From Alphaproteobacteria bacterium (GTDB taxonomy: Bacteria; Pseudomonadota; Alphaproteobacteria; Micavibrionales; Micavibrionaceae), in the NCBI GenBank assembly GCA_028282385.1, contig JANQIB010000098.1, forward strand, positions 4,502 through 68,501: a stretch of 64,000 nt of DNA, read 5' to 3'. The notes below the pieces were generated by a model. That model had not been told where the DNA came from and searched no databases. It saw only the letters and a list, made by a program, of their open reading frames with translations. A program made the translations under genes and the position numbers. How positions within the stretch are numbered: the first letter of the stretch is position 1; the number at the start of each line of letters is the position of its first letter. This document shows positions 1 through 9,849 of the stretch, piece by piece.

Positions 1-2548
1 TACGGTGGATTGTCAGGGTTACATCCTGATGCGGTTTCATTCCTGCTTCAACTCCGGTTAAATCGAATGTTTCCTCACCAGTCAGTCCAAGGCTTTCACG
101 GCTGACCCCATCTTTAAAGACCAATGGCAAAACACCCATCCCGACAAGGTTAGAACGGTGGATCCGCTCAAAGCTCTCAGCGATAACCGCTTTCACACCC
201 AAAAGGTTTGTTCCTTTGGCTGCCCAGTCGCGGGAAGAACCCGTGCCGTATTCTTTTCCGCCGATAACGATAAGTGGCGTTCCTTCGGCCTGGTACTTCA
301 TCGAGGCGTCGTAAATCGGCATTTCTTCACCGCTCGGTACATGGACCGTATAACCGCCCTCTTTTCCATCCAGCATCAGATTTTTAATCCGGATATTGGC
401 AAAAGTTCCGCGCATCATCACTTCGTGGTTTCCGCGGCGAGAGCCGTAAGAGTTAAAGTTAACAACATCAACTCCGTTATCCAGAAGATACTTTCCTGCC
501 GGGCTGTCTTTTTTAATCGCACCGGCTGGAGAGATATGGTCAGTGGTCACACTATCACCAAGCAGCGCGAGAGCATGCGCGCCTTTAATATCTTTAACCT
601 CGCCAACCTCATGACCCATGCCGCTAAAGTAAGGCGGGTTTTGAACATAGGTCGAAGAGCTTTGCCAGCCATATGTTTCACCAGACGCATCACCGGCAAT
701 AGCCTGCCATTCAGACGTTCCGTCAAAGACGTTCGCATAGCGTGTTTCAAACATCTCACGCGTCAGGCAGGATTCGACTGTTTTTTGAATTTCCTCGTTG
801 CTCGGCCAGATATCTTTCAAAAAGACATCATTACCGTCCTGATCCTGACCAATCGGATCGTTGTATAGGTCAACTTTCATTGAACCTGCAATCGCATAAG
901 CTACGACTAACGGTGGAGAGGCCAGATAATTGGCTTTGACATGCGGGCTAATCCGGCCTTCAAAATTCCGGTTTCCGGACAGAACGCCGGAAACTGTTAA
1001 ATCACCTTCTTCAATTGCTTTTGCAATCGGTCCCGGCAACGGACCGGAATTTCCGATACAGGTTGTACATCCATAACCGACAAGGTTAAAACCAAGCGCA
1101 TCCAGGTCATCCTGCAAATCTGCTTTTTCAAGATAATCGGTAACGACCTGAGAGCCCGGCGCTAAAGACGTCTTCACCCAGGGCTTCACATTCAGACCTT
1201 TGGCCCGTGCATTTCGTGCAACAAGTCCTGCGGCCACCATGACAGATGGATTGGACGTATTCGTACAGGATGTAATTGCTGCAATCGTCACATGACCATC
1301 TGTCAGTTCATAATCTTCACCGTCTACCGAAATGGACTTGCCGCTCAGATCCAGTTTTGAAAACTCTTCAGCCGCCTTAGAAAGAAGGATACGATCCTGC
1401 GGACGTTTCGGTCCGGCCAGAGACGGTTCTACATCCCCAAGATCAAGCGAAAGTGTATCGGTAAAGCTTGGCTCATGACCAGACTCGCGCCACATGCCCT
1501 GCTCTTTGGCGTAAGCCTCAACAAGCTTAACACGCGCTTCATCACGACCTGTGAAACGCAGATAGCGCAGTGTTTCTTCATCAATCGGGAAGAAGCCACA
1601 CGTTGCGCCATATTCCGGTGCCATATTAGCAATCGTTGCACGGTCTGCCAGAGACATGGCATCAAGCCCATCACCGTAAAATTCAACAAATTTTCCAACA
1701 ACACCACGCTCACGCAGCATCTGCGTGACTGTTAGAACAACATCGGTTGCGGTTGTTCCTTCTTTTGGTTTACCGGTTAATTTGAATCCAATCACTTCAG
1801 GAATCAGCATCGAAATTGGCTGGCCAAGCATTGCCGCTTCGGCTTCAATTCCGCCAACACCCCAACCGAGAACAGCCAGACCATTGACCATTGTTGTATG
1901 TGAATCCGTCCCGACAAGTGTATCTGGGTAAGCTACCATCTTACCGTTCTGATCTTTTTCACACCAGATCGTTTGCGCCAGATATTCCAGATTAACCTGG
2001 TGGCAAATCCCGGTGCCCGGCGGGACCACGCGGAAATTATCAAATGCATCCTGACCCCAGCGCAGGAAGGCATAACGTTCCCCGTTACGCTCAAACTCTT
2101 TTTCAACATTTTGCTGAAAAGCACGCGGACTACCAAATTCATCCACCATCACAGAATGGTCAATCACAAGATCAACCGCACTTAGTGGATTAATCTTCTG
2201 CGCATCGCCGCCAAGATTTTTCATCGCTTCACGCATCGCGGCCAGATCAACCACAGCCGGCACACCGGTAAAGTCCTGCATTAAAACCCGCGCCGGACGG
2301 TAAGCAATTTCCCGGTCTGATTTTTTCTCTTTAAGCCAAGCTGCAGCCGCTTTGACATCATCGACACTCACCGAGCGATCATCTTCATAACGCAACAGGT
2401 TTTCCAGCAGCACCTTAAGTGTAAATGGAAGCCTAGAAAGATCCCCAAGTTCTTTTTCTGCTTCTTTCAGGCTGAAATAGTCGTATTCCTGACCGTTTAC
2501 AGTCAGCGTCTTACGGGTTTTCAGGCAGTCATGTCCGGTGCGTGTCAT
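1..2548 (-). CDS. acnA: aconitate hydratase (AcnA type); the 3' end runs off the window start
   Basis: Absent from the ORF track because there is no stop inside the window. Hand translation of the minus strand from the ATG at 2548-2546 gives [57 protein letters not shown]...[27 protein letters not shown], a typical aconitase N-terminus. An AGAGGA Shine-Dalgarno lies just upstream. The + strand ORFs here (158..868 and others) are antisense shadows. Confidence 0.9.
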   Translation of the reverse strand, partial: MTRTGHDCLKTRKTLTVNGQEYDYFSLKEAEKELGDLSRLPFTLKVLLENLLRYEDDRSVSVDDVKAAAAWLKEKKSDREIAYRPARVLMQDFTGVPAVVDLAAMREAMKNLGGDAQKINPLSAVDLVIDHSVMVDEFGSPRAFQQNVEKEFERNGERYAFLRWGQDAFDNFRVVPPGTGICHQVNLEYLAQTIWCEKDQNGKMVAYPDTLVGTDSHTTMVNGLAVLGWGVGGIEAEAAMLGQPISMLIPEVIGFKLTGKPKEGTTATDVVLTVTQMLRERGVVGKFVEFYGDGLDAMSLADRATIANMAPEYGATCGFFPIDEETLRYLRFTGRDEARVKLVEAYAKEQGMWRESGHEPSFTDTLSLDLGDVEPSLAGPKRPQDRILLSKAAEEFSKLDLSGKSISVDGEDYELTDGHVTIAAITSCTNTSNPSVMVAAGLVARNARAKGLNVKPWVKTSLAPGSQVVTDYLEKADLQDDLDALGFNLVGYGCTTCIGNSGPLPGPIAKAIEEGDLTVSGVLSGNRNFEGRISPHVKANYLASPPLVVAYAIAGSMKVDLYNDPIGQDQDGNDVFLKDIWPSNEEIQKTVESCLTREMFETRYANVFDGTSEWQAIAGDASGETYGWQSSSTYVQNPPYFSGMGHEVGEVKDIKGAHALALLGDSVTTDHISPAGAIKKDSPAGKYLLDNGVDVVNFNSYGSRRGNHEVMMRGTFANIRIKNLMLDGKEGGYTVHVPSGEEMPIYDASMKYQAEGTPLIVIGGKEYGTGSSRDWAAKGTNLLGVKAVIAESFERIHRSNLVGMGVLPLVFKDGVSRESLGLTGEETFDLTGVEAGMKPHQDVTLTIHR

Positions 2549-2816
2549 GGCAAATAATCCTCTGGAATAAAATGGAGGGCGAATACCCTTGTTGAATAAC
2601 ACTATATCATGCGCCGGAAGGGATGAAAAAGTGGTTAATACATACAAATAAGGACCAAAAAATCTTTAAAAATCAGATCGATACTCATTTTTAAAGTTAT
2701 GACAAAATTGCCCATATTTCCGCCATAATCCTTTGGCATAGTTAAATTATAGAGATTACGACCGGGCCCTTCGTTTCCAGCCGGTACAAATACGCCGTAA
2801 TACTCCGCTCTTTAAT

Positions 2817-2851
2817 TAAAAACCGCTACCAGAACCGGTAGCGGTTTTTTT
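2817..2851 (-). terminator. rho-independent terminator (bidirectional shape) downstream of 2859..3521
   Basis: aaaaaccgctacc-agaacc-ggtagcggttttttt: a perfect GC-rich stem with an A-run on one side and a T-run on the other. Confidence 0.8.
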
Positions 2852-2858
2852 ATCACCT

Positions 2859-3521
2859 CTAAGGACACTGGTTGGAAACACGCCTATATTCCTCGGCAGT
2901 ATCAATACTTTGTTGAAGCTCACGGCGCTCTGCTGTCATTTGGTCAGTATTAGATGTCACAACCTTATCTAATTCGGCCTGAACCCTCTTTTGAACATCA
3001 TCCAGTTTTGACAGAGGAACCGGGCCAAAAGTTGATCCTATTTCGATGAGTTTTGCTTTAAGCTGTTCCCGGATAATCGCGGCGTATTTTGCCGCAACAT
3101 CCGCATCAACTTTTACATGTTTTTTTTCGTGCTCCACGATCGCTTTATGCTCACATGTTCCTTTTTTAAATTCCCTGGCAACATAAATTGTCGGATTAAC
3201 GTGAACAATCACATCAATCGTATCAATATGAACACACCCCTTCCCTGCATGCGCATATTTTTCGTGCATCATCCGCACCCGGCTTTCAACCCGGATTTCC
3301 CCGCTCATCAAACCGCCAATCTTTGCATCATGCCCCGGACCATAGGGAGACACCGTATCAATCTCGAACGTCTGAAGTTCTTCTTTATATTTTGAATAAT
3401 CATATTGGACAACGCTGCGCATCGGCTGAACCAGCACTTTAGGCGCAGCCTTGACGCGGCAGCTCACATCCATGGAAGCCAGCTGCAAAAGACCAGCTAC
3501 TGCGATATCCAGCCCAAACAT
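2859..3521 (-). CDS. secreted hypothetical protein with an HExxH motif (DUF922-like putative Zn-peptidase)
   Basis: 220-aa ORF with a hydrophobic N-terminus and HEKKH within CEHKAIVEHEKKHVKV. The family assignment is from memory only. Confidence 0.4.
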   Translation of the reverse strand: MFGLDIAVAGLLQLASMDVSCRVKAAPKVLVQPMRSVVQYDYSKYKEELQTFEIDTVSPYGPGHDAKIGGLMSGEIRVESRVRMMHEKYAHAGKGCVHIDTIDVIVHVNPTIYVAREFKKGTCEHKAIVEHEKKHVKVDADVAAKYAAIIREQLKAKLIEIGSTFGPVPLSKLDDVQKRVQAELDKVVTSNTDQMTAERRELQQSIDTAEEYRRVSNQCP

Positions 3522-3584
3522 GTGTCTTTTTGAGGCCTCCTCTTGAGATTTGCCACGCTATCCTATAGTAAGAATAGCATAATT

Positions 3585-3887
3585 ATGAAAGGATTTTCGC
3601 CGATGCTTGCCTCTCTTGGCCAATTATTAGTCTTTTTGCTGGATGTCTTTTTCTGGATTATCATTATCCAGGTCGTGCTGAGCTGGCTGATCGCCTTTGA
3701 CGTCATCAATATCAAAAACCCGCAGGCCCGTAATCTTGTTGCCCTGATCGAAAAAGCAACCAACCCGATCTATGCGCCGCTACGCCGTTTTATCCCACCC
3801 ATTGCCGGAATTGATATCACACCAATTATCGTGATTTTTGCAATTAAAATCCTGCAGGGGCTTATTATCAGTAACCTGATTTATTAA
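3585..3887 (+). CDS. yggT: YggT family membrane protein
   Basis: LLDVFFWIIIIQVVLSWLIAFDVIN...NPIYAPLRRFIPPIAGIDITPIIVIFAI is the typical YggT pattern. The ORF opens at 3543 (TTG). I prefer the ATG at 3585; 3603 is also possible. Confidence 0.8.
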   Translation: MKGFSPMLASLGQLLVFLLDVFFWIIIIQVVLSWLIAFDVINIKNPQARNLVALIEKATNPIYAPLRRFIPPIAGIDITPIIVIFAIKILQGLIISNLIY

Positions 3888-3898
3888 CGGGCACAAGA

Positions 3899-4753
3899 AT
3901 GACCACAACACAAATCATAGACGGGAAAGCTATCGCTGCCGCGCTGCGCGCAGAGATCAAAACCGAAGCTGAGCAATTGACGAAAGGCGGAACGCAGCCC
4001 TGTTTCGCCGTTATTTTGGTCGGCGACGACCCGGCCAGTAAAGTCTACGTGAAAAGTAAAATCAAAGCGTGTCGCGAAGCCGGCATTGAAAGCTATGAAA
4101 AACGCCTGCCGGAAGAAAGCACTGCAGAAGAAATCTGTCACGTCATCAAAAATCTGAACATGAACCCAAAAGTTCACGGCATTTTATTGCAACTTCCTTT
4201 ACCGGATCATTTAAAAGGTGATCAGGAAGATTTGGTGCAGATGATCGACCCGGCCAAGGATGTGGATGGACTAACCATTACGAATGCCGGAAAATTATTT
4301 CTCGGCGTTGAAGGGGGGCATGTCCCGTGTACACCGCAAGGCTCATTGATGTTGATTAAATCTGTCAAAGAAGATTTAACGGGCTTAAATGCCGTTGTGA
4401 TTGGCCGGTCCAACCTGTTTGGCAAACCGATGGCCCAGCTCCTCCTGAAAGAAAATTGCACGGTTACGACAGCGCATTCGAAAACCAAAGACTTGCCTGC
4501 CGTCTGTGCGCAGGCCGATATCCTGATTGCCGCCGTTGGCCGCGAAAAGATGGTCAAAGGGGACTGGATCAAACCGGGCGCAATTGTCATTGATGTCGGG
4601 ATCAACCGGATGGAAAATGGCAGGCTCTGCGGTGATGTGGATTTTGAAGACGCGCAGGGGATCGCCGCGCACATCTCGCCTGTCCCCGGCGGCGTCGGCC
4701 CGATGACCATTGCGTGTCTATTAAAGAATACGGTGAAAGCAGCAAAAGGGTAG
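3899..4753 (+). CDS. folD: bifunctional methylenetetrahydrofolate dehydrogenase/cyclohydrolase
   Basis: 284 aa. IIDGKAIA...FAVILVGDDPASKVYVKSK...ILLQLPLP...VVIGRSNLFGKPMA...PVPGGVGPMT are FolD hallmarks. Confidence 0.95.
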   Translation: MTTTQIIDGKAIAAALRAEIKTEAEQLTKGGTQPCFAVILVGDDPASKVYVKSKIKACREAGIESYEKRLPEESTAEEICHVIKNLNMNPKVHGILLQLPLPDHLKGDQEDLVQMIDPAKDVDGLTITNAGKLFLGVEGGHVPCTPQGSLMLIKSVKEDLTGLNAVVIGRSNLFGKPMAQLLLKENCTVTTAHSKTKDLPAVCAQADILIAAVGREKMVKGDWIKPGAIVIDVGINRMENGRLCGDVDFEDAQGIAAHISPVPGGVGPMTIACLLKNTVKAAKG

Positions 4754-4755
4754 CG

Positions 4756-6189
4756 TTATTCGCCCTGCGCCTTCGTGTACCCGGCTTCGCCGTCAAAGCT
4801 GTATAGATTTTCGGTGCCCGTAAAATCAAGCCCAGCTTCATGAAGTTTTGAGAGTTGTGCGGCGATCTGAGTGTGCGTTGCCGTATCACCAATCATCCGC
4901 AAACGCCAACTATCAGAACAGAATGTTTCCGGTGCGCCGTCAGGCCAAACCTTAACGCCGCGGTTGGAAATAATTTTCAGTGTTAACCCGTCTGCGAGAT
5001 TGTCATTAATGATTGCGGCCAGGTCATCGGGCGCACCTTCCCAATCGACAAAGACGTCAACACCGTCGAGAACCTTTTTCTGCGTGACGCGCTCGCGCAC
5101 CGGCGGCAATTTCAATGCGCCGCCGCCTGATCCGTAATCCCGAACAGGTAGTTTTTCAGGCTTTTCGCCCATACGCTCAATCACCGCTTTGGCAAATTCA
5201 TCCGTGCCGACATTGCGCGCGCTTATGCCATCTTTATAAAGATCGCCTGTGTGAATACCATCCTCAATCGTTTTGAGCCAGGCATTATGAACCTTGCCCG
5301 CCACATCATTCTGACCGATATGCACCAGCATCATTACCGCGCCGAGCAGTAAACCTGACGGATTGGCAATCCCCTGCCCGGCAATATCGGGCGCTGTGCC
5401 GTGCATCGCTTCAAACATCGCGCCGTGATCTCCAATATTAGCTGAAATCCCAAGCCCGACAGAGCCGGTCACTTCGGCGGCAATATCGGAAATAATATCG
5501 CCGTAGAGATTTTCCGTGACCACCACGTCAAAATCACCGGGCCGCGCGGCGATGCGCGCCGCACCGATATCAATAATGTAACGTTCTTTTTCAATGTCCG
5601 GATAATCTTCGCCGATTTCCTGAAAGACCTGATAGAACAGCCCGTCCGCCACCTTCATAATATTGTCTTTAATCATGCAGGTGACTTTTTTGCGGTTATT
5701 GGCCTTCGCATATTCAAAGGCATAACGGATAATCCGTTCCGACCCCGGACGAGAAATGACTTTTAAAGCGGTCCGCACATCCTGCGTATTGCGGTATTCG
5801 ATTCCCGCGTAAAGATCTTCTTCATTTTCCCGTACGACAACCATATCCATATCCGGAAACAGGGAATCTACATATGGCGCGTAAGCCACGCATGGGCGGA
5901 CATTGGCATAAAAGCCCATTGTTTTGCGAACAGTTACATTCAGGCTTTTAAAACCACCGCCCATGGGAGTAAAAATTGGCGCCTTTAAAAAGACTTTGGT
6001 TTTGCGCAAAGAAGCCCAGCTGGAATCTTCAATTCCGGTCATCACCCCGCGCTCATACACTTTTTCGCCGATCTCGATTTCTTCCGTATCGAGCTGCGCA
6101 CCACCTGCTTCAAGAATTTGCAGCGTCGCATCCATGATTTCCGGGCCGATCCCGTCGCCCCGTGCAATTGTAATAGGTGTCTTTGTCAT
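4756..6189 (-). CDS. icd: isocitrate dehydrogenase, long (~475 aa) alphaproteobacterial form
   Basis: 477 aa. ITIARGDGIGPEIM, NLYGDIISD and HGTAPDIAG belong to the isocitrate/isopropylmalate dehydrogenase fold, followed by a C-terminal extension of about 100 aa. Confidence 0.9.
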   Translation of the reverse strand: MTKTPITIARGDGIGPEIMDATLQILEAGGAQLDTEEIEIGEKVYERGVMTGIEDSSWASLRKTKVFLKAPIFTPMGGGFKSLNVTVRKTMGFYANVRPCVAYAPYVDSLFPDMDMVVVRENEEDLYAGIEYRNTQDVRTALKVISRPGSERIIRYAFEYAKANNRKKVTCMIKDNIMKVADGLFYQVFQEIGEDYPDIEKERYIIDIGAARIAARPGDFDVVVTENLYGDIISDIAAEVTGSVGLGISANIGDHGAMFEAMHGTAPDIAGQGIANPSGLLLGAVMMLVHIGQNDVAGKVHNAWLKTIEDGIHTGDLYKDGISARNVGTDEFAKAVIERMGEKPEKLPVRDYGSGGGALKLPPVRERVTQKKVLDGVDVFVDWEGAPDDLAAIINDNLADGLTLKIISNRGVKVWPDGAPETFCSDSWRLRMIGDTATHTQIAAQLSKLHEAGLDFTGTENLYSFDGEAGYTKAQGE

Positions 6190-6191
6190 AT

Positions 6192-7475
6192 CTAAGCCTG
6201 TGCTTGTTGAGTGGTTTGCTGTGGCAATGGACCAAATCTTAATAACAGAAATGCCAGAACGGCAGATGCTATTGATCCTACCAGAACACCGAGTCTGACG
6301 CTAGCCTGCATCTCAACCCCCTCAAAGGCCAGCCCGCCGATAAAGAGCGACATGGTAAAGCCGACCCCACACAACAGCGAAACCGCATAAAGCTGAACCC
6401 AGTTTGTCCCTTCGGGTTTTGGCGACAACCCGGTTACAATCGTAAGCCAGAGAATACCAAACACCCCGATCTGTTTACCCACAAACAGACCTGCAGCAAT
6501 CCCGAGCGTGACAGGCTCAAGCAGAGAATTCCACCCCATCCCGTCAAACGGAACGCCCGCATTGGCAAAACCGAAAATCGGTAAAATCATGAAGGCCACC
6601 CACGGGTGGAGGCCATGTTCCAGGTGTTTCACAGGTGAATATTCATGGTTGGTTTTACAGCGCATCGGGATCATCAGCGCTATAATAACGCCGGCCAAAG
6701 TGGCATGTACGCCGGATTTCAGTACAGCTACCCAGAGAATAATACCTAAAAGAATATAGGGCGCGGTATTTGAAACCCCCCTGCGATTTAAAAGGAATAA
6801 TCCAAGGAACGGGATAAGCGCAAACAGCAAGGCACTCACCTCAAGATAATCAGAATAGAAAATCGCGATGATTAAAATCGCGCCGATATCATCAATAATG
6901 GCGATCGCGGTTAGAAGAATTTTAAGAGAAACGGGCGCACGGCTTCCTACCAGAGCCAAAATGCCAAGCGCAAAGGCAATATCAGTCGCCGCCGGAATGG
7001 CCCAGCCACCAAGAAGTTCAGGCGTATCCATATTGATGTAGTAATAAATCGCCGCCGGTACAGCCATTCCGCCAATAGCCGCCAAAGCTGGCAGAAGAGC
7101 TTTTTTGGGGGTCGACAGTTCCCCTTCCAGAACCTCACGTTTGATCTCCAGACCGACCAGGAAAAAGAAGACGGCCATCATCCCGTCATTGATCCAGAGC
7201 AGGATGGATTTATGAATTTCGGTATCCAGCGCACCGATATCTGAAAAACCGATCCGGAAATCGACTTCATTGAAAATATAATTATAAAGGCCAAACGCTG
7301 GAGAATTCGCGATAATCAGCGCCAACGCAGAGGCAAAGACCAGAACAAGTCCACCTGCCGCTTCCAGCCGGAAGAATTCCAAAGTCATATCGACCAGCTT
7401 TTTCGGCTGAGCCGCTATGTTTACAGCTGTTTCAACAGTATTTTCAGATTTTTTTGAGACTACATCAGTGTTCAT
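6192..7475 (-). CDS. nhaA: Na+/H+ antiporter NhaA
   Basis: Polytopic membrane protein with FFLLVGLEIKRE-like (FFFLVGLEIKREV) and AIIDDIGAI motifs. The ORF extends to 7574. The internal ATG at 7475 (MNTDVVSK) avoids overlap with the divergent gene. Confidence 0.9.
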   Translation of the reverse strand: MNTDVVSKKSENTVETAVNIAAQPKKLVDMTLEFFRLEAAGGLVLVFASALALIIANSPAFGLYNYIFNEVDFRIGFSDIGALDTEIHKSILLWINDGMMAVFFFLVGLEIKREVLEGELSTPKKALLPALAAIGGMAVPAAIYYYINMDTPELLGGWAIPAATDIAFALGILALVGSRAPVSLKILLTAIAIIDDIGAILIIAIFYSDYLEVSALLFALIPFLGLFLLNRRGVSNTAPYILLGIILWVAVLKSGVHATLAGVIIALMIPMRCKTNHEYSPVKHLEHGLHPWVAFMILPIFGFANAGVPFDGMGWNSLLEPVTLGIAAGLFVGKQIGVFGILWLTIVTGLSPKPEGTNWVQLYAVSLLCGVGFTMSLFIGGLAFEGVEMQASVRLGVLVGSIASAVLAFLLLRFGPLPQQTTQQAQA

Positions 7476-7562
7476 AGGCGATCTTTTTCGGATAGTAAGA
7501 CTATAGAATTTTATATAGTATATCTGAAAAAGTGATCTACCAAAACGGCTTTTGACATCCTG

Positions 7563-8444
7563 ATGAAATCTCATTCAACCCTTTTCCTGATCGGCCTGAT
7601 ATTGCTGGGCTGGAGCAGTTATTCGATGGCTGACACGCTCTCGAAATACCTGTCCGCAAGCTACACGATCCCGCAAATCCTGATGTCCACCAGCTTTCTT
7701 GGATCAATTTTTGCCGGAAGCTGGATTTTTCTCAAAAAAGGTTTCAGGGGTTTCATAACGCCAAAACTAAAATGGCATGTGATGAGGGGCTTCATCATTG
7801 TGATTATCTCTTATAGTATCGTTCACGCTTTTTCCCTTGCGCCCATGGCAGATGTATATGGCATTACATTTACATCTCCTTTTATCACCCTGATTCTGAT
7901 TTATTTTATTTTAAAGGAAAAGATTGGATTTCACAGATGGCTGGCCGTGTTTATAGGATTCACAGGCGCCTTCATTCTAGCGGGACCGCAATTTGAAACT
8001 TTGAGCATAGGCCTTATCTATGCCGCTATCTCATCTTTTTTTATAGCTGTCACAACAATCATCATCCGAAAAATCGGCAAGGAGGAATATCTCCCTTTAT
8101 ATCCGTTCTTTCCCCTCATATGCATTTTCTTGTTTAACGCACCGATGGCAGTACCTCACTTTATTATGCCTCAGGGCCTCGATATCCTTTTATTTTTAAT
8201 TCATGCCTGTGTCGTCATGGGCGGTCTTTTAATGGTGACCTATGCGATCGCCCATATTGAAGAAACAGCTATTCTCTCTCCGTTTATTTATATTCAGATC
8301 GTCTGGGGAACCGTATTCGGCATTTTCCTGTTCGGTGATATCCCAACTTGGACAACAATTTTGGGGCTCATCCTGATTATCGGTGCAGGACTCTATTCAA
8401 TCTGGCGCGAGCATGTTCACTACAAAGAAGATCACTCATTATAA
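7563..8444 (+). CDS. EamA/DMT family transporter
   Basis: 293 aa with about 10 predicted TM helices arranged as two EamA-like halves. Confidence 0.75.
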   Translation: MKSHSTLFLIGLILLGWSSYSMADTLSKYLSASYTIPQILMSTSFLGSIFAGSWIFLKKGFRGFITPKLKWHVMRGFIIVIISYSIVHAFSLAPMADVYGITFTSPFITLILIYFILKEKIGFHRWLAVFIGFTGAFILAGPQFETLSIGLIYAAISSFFIAVTTIIIRKIGKEEYLPLYPFFPLICIFLFNAPMAVPHFIMPQGLDILLFLIHACVVMGGLLMVTYAIAHIEETAILSPFIYIQIVWGTVFGIFLFGDIPTWTTILGLILIIGAGLYSIWREHVHYKEDHSL

Positions 8445-9007
8445 CCGGGCCGCGCCATTGTTACATTTGACATTTTTGTTCCATGTGGAACATGTTCTTC
8501 TTCAATCAAATAAGACTTTTTAAATAATTTTTTATCTTCACTACGCTTGTAAACATATATTCCAAGAACCGACAACCCGACTGCCCAGATTGCAGACAGG
8601 GAAGACATGCCCTGTAAAACCGAAGCTGCTTTATCTGTTTCAAAGATAACAACGTAAGCCAGTCCGAACATCTGCGCCGCCCAGGTAAAAGCCATAAGAT
8701 AGCCGAATGTTGGACGCATCCGCCGTACATAAGGATCGTTGGAGGCGACTTCAGCGCGCAAAGACTGATTAACCTCAGCAATACCCGCCTGACGTTCTTT
8801 CATCGCCAGCTCAGCCATCGCTTCCGCATGACGGTTCGCTTCGGCCATTTGCTCATTAGAAATCAACCCGCCCGCCAGCGCCGCATCAAGTTCGCCAAGC
8901 GCGCGGGCCGCACTTTGCGCCGCCGGATGATCAATTTTTCCAATGGAACGGCCGATAATATCAATAATAATCGGCAGGCCGACTTTTGCTAAAATAGATT
9001 CCAGCAT
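8432..9007 (-). CDS. 3-TM holin of the GTA-release type (DUF3154 / GTA_holin_3TM-like)
   Basis: 191 aa. N-terminal LPIIIDIIG, a helical middle, then AEVASNDPYVRRMRPTFGYLMAFTW followed by hydrophobic helices. It lies next to the endolysin. The stop overlaps the convergent eamA-like gene by 13 nt. Confidence 0.6.
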   Translation of the reverse strand: MLESILAKVGLPIIIDIIGRSIGKIDHPAAQSAARALGELDAALAGGLISNEQMAEANRHAEAMAELAMKERQAGIAEVNQSLRAEVASNDPYVRRMRPTFGYLMAFTWAAQMFGLAYVVIFETDKAASVLQGMSSLSAIWAVGLSVLGIYVYKRSEDKKLFKKSYLIEEEHVPHGTKMSNVTMARPGYNE

Positions 9008-9009
9008 GT

Positions 9010-9501
9010 TTATGCCTCCACTAACTTATAAAAAATATGCCGCCCAATAATTATGACCGGCTCTTCGCCTTCCGCCCAGTAAGGTGAAACATAATCCGCA
9101 TGATAATGCGTTGCCCCTTTTGTCCGGTCAGGTAGAACGTTATTGACGGCGCGCCGGGAAATTCGCTGGCAGGTTACAAATTTCTTATCCTGCTCCGTAA
9201 CCGCAATAAGCTTGCGGTAATTCGGATCAGATCTGTTCCAGCAGGAAAACTGATAAGGTTTCTGGCATACGCTAATAATGTCATTCCCCCACCAATATTT
9301 TCCACCGCGCGCCTGTGCAACGCGCACACGATTCAGCACGACACTGGCAACTGCTTCCATACCCTCCAGGCTTTCCGCGCGCGCCTCTCCCCAGATTGTC
9401 CGGGCAAGCACATCTACCGCAAGCTCATTATAAAAAGAGACAGACTCTACTTCATCCGCTTCTTCTTTCGTGAAGAGCGGTTTTAAAAACCGTATAACCA
9501 T
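9010..9501 (-). CDS. cell wall hydrolase, SleB/Hydrolase_2 family (endolysin)
   Basis: LARTIWGEARAESLEGMEAVASVVLNRV...CQKPYQFSCWN is the SleB-type signature. Confidence 0.8.
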   Translation of the reverse strand: MVIRFLKPLFTKEEADEVESVSFYNELAVDVLARTIWGEARAESLEGMEAVASVVLNRVRVAQARGGKYWWGNDIISVCQKPYQFSCWNRSDPNYRKLIAVTEQDKKFVTCQRISRRAVNNVLPDRTKGATHYHADYVSPYWAEGEEPVIIIGRHIFYKLVEA

Positions 9502-9511
9502 TTAAATTTTC

Positions 9512-9835
9512 CTATTCCTGTTTAGATCGTAGCGCTTCTGCTTTCAGCGCGGTTTGGTCAAGTTTTGTTTCAATTCGTAAAAGATGCGTTACAATCCGTT
9601 CTTCCAGATCCCTGACATCTGTCACGGATGCATAACTTTTTGCGACCTCCAGTTTAAACGCATAAAGCGCTTCGCGTAGCTGCGAACACCGCAGTTCAAG
9701 ATTATCATGCAGTATGCCGATTGATTTTCCAGACTCCTGACGCCCCTTCCAGATCAGCCAGAACAGCGCAGACATGGCCGGTAAATCAACCGCCGTAATC
9801 CACCAGATTAATCCGCTATCAAGTAGTGTATTCAT
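9512..9835 (-). CDS. N-terminally membrane-anchored coiled-coil protein (possible i-spanin or lysis accessory)
   Basis: 107 aa. A TM segment (LIWWITAVDLPAMSALFWLIW) is followed by heptad-like helices. It sits between terminase and endolysin. Confidence 0.35.
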   Translation of the reverse strand: MNTLLDSGLIWWITAVDLPAMSALFWLIWKGRQESGKSIGILHDNLELRCSQLREALYAFKLEVAKSYASVTDVRDLEERIVTHLLRIETKLDQTALKAEALRSKQE

Positions 9836-9849
9836 TCATAAATTTCCTT

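Noticed and set aside
158-868. A 236-aa plus-strand ORF, with several other ORFs, across 158-2185.
   Set aside because: They lie antisense to a continuous minus-strand frame that translates into an unmistakable aconitase. The translations are low-complexity and carry no motifs.
4756-5150. A C-terminal extension of about 100 aa on isocitrate dehydrogenase.
   Set aside because: A long form of about 475 aa is a known alphaproteobacterial ICDH subtype, so it is not novel.
7476-7574. A 33-codon N-terminal extension of the nhaA ORF overlapping the start of the divergent EamA gene.
   Set aside because: The extension is not NhaA-like. The internal ATG at 7475 gives a normal N-terminus.
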